Shown piece by piece: positions 63,025 through 64,000 of a DNA stretch of 64,000 nucleotides (positions within the stretch are counted from its first letter, which is position 1; each line of letters begins with the position of its first letter). This DNA is from Ostrea edulis (Eukaryota). Position numbers and translations under genes: made by a program. The stretch is taken from the NCBI RefSeq assembly GCF_947568905.1, contig NC_079172.1, forward strand, positions 71,610,001-71,674,000, in the 5' to 3' direction. The notes beneath the pieces are model-generated. The model was not told where the DNA came from, ran no database searches, and worked only from the letters and a program-made list of their open reading frames with translations.

Positions 63025-63277
63025 ATCAAAATTGGTACCGTATAAGTTTTACATTGTAGATACTCACCATTCTGATACCATATGAACTTCATCGATTACT
63101 ACAACACAAACTCTTTGTTGATATAATTTGGATCGCAGAATGGAAGATATGATCTTATTGTTCAGCAGTGTTTCCGGATGGGTATATATCAAACCATATT
63201 ATATTCACCATTCCGTAATTCTATCAAACATGTGTAAGATGGTACATGTACATCACTGGTTAGGGTCAATGTGTTGT

Positions 63278-63307
63278 CATCATCATCATCATCATCATCA
63301 TCATCAC
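63278..63307. repeat. (CAT)n microsatellite, encoding poly-Asp in the helicase frame
   Basis: Direct reading; the minus frame reads DCDDDDDDDDDDN. Confidence 0.85.
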
Positions 63308-64000
63308 AATCATCTTTGCTATCAATTTCCTTACATCTCATCTCTGATCCAGCTGATCCAAACAGCTTATATGTCTTTCCATCAGTACCTATGATGTTGC
63401 ATATTGGACAATATGAATAACATTTATTATCAGGGTCCTACCGGTAGAGCATCATAAACTACATACACATACATGATGAAATGCATAACAATTCGCAATC
63501 ATTTTTTTCAGACTTAATTATTTAAATTCTTAAGAGTACAACATGTTATCATTTTGCAGTACTGCAAATTATTTAGCTATAATCAAAATAGAAAAAATGT
63601 TATCAGCGATTCAAAATATATATGTACAGTACTGACCATAAGTGAGTCATCATTTCATATTTCCACTATATATTTCATTGAAAAAACAATTTTTATAAAA
63701 ATTTATCATGAGCTTAATTTATATGTCACAATTTCCATCAATTTTTCAATACGAAAATTGTTCAAATTTTATTTTTCCTGTGATGCTATGCAAATTGTGA
63801 TCATGGAGAATAGATTATGAAATCATCCAGGCAAAATAAATTCTGAACAAATTTGTGCCGTAAAAATTAAATTTTGCATTTGACGTGTTATTTCACCAAA
63901 GCATTTACTACAGATATAATTATTTTAAAATATTGTGAAAAAACTACAATCACTTCTGTGTTTTTGATGTCATATTCATAAATATGATCTACAACAAAAA

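Larger units (their letters stand above)
62566..63055 (+). mobile_element. Retrozyme-like non-autonomous element, 139-bp direct repeats with 351-bp period
   Basis: 62566-62704 matches 62917-63055; each repeat carries a hammerhead ribozyme. Confidence 0.8.
61250..63400 (-). pseudogene. RecQ-like SF2 helicase (AcademH-type), spliced, partly decayed
   Basis: HPETLL; motif II VVIDEVHMVSEW (63067-63110, donor GTGAGT); FR.AFKKL..L; motif III MTTTAT; PDRPNI; VFATVALGMDLN; motif VI YLQEVGRAGRNG. Confidence 0.85.

Overview
Eukaryotic, AT-rich, repeat-dense DNA, inferred to be oyster/bivalve from a Cg170-like 166-bp satellite inside a Helentron-type element and from bivalve SINE families. I find no intact host gene. 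Contents: (1) A decayed multi-exon minus-strand gene with WSC-like and C-type-lectin-like modules (about 2461-20511), interrupted by a near full-length but degenerate Ngaro/DIRS tyrosine-recombinase retrotransposon with split direct repeats (14099-20255). (2) Three large tandem arrays, two visibly derived from coding DNA: a 32-bp array amplifying an exon/5'-splice-site junction and a 32-bp array amplifying the C-terminus of an RTE LINE ORF. (3) Many SINEs, Penelope-like RT 3' fragments, HINEs and MITEs. (4) At the right end, a decayed ISL2EU/Harbinger-like transposon (THAP-DDE plus SWIM gene), an 800-bp fold-back, and an AcademH-like transposon (transposase plus RecQ-like helicase). The best candidate for an undescribed system lies in an intron of that helicase: a 351-bp-period element whose two direct repeats each carry an intact minimal type-I hammerhead ribozyme with a palindromic stem III, i.e. 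a retrozyme-like unit predicted to self-cleave as a dimer and release a 351-nt (possibly circular) RNA. All family assignments come from reading and recall of motifs, not database searches.
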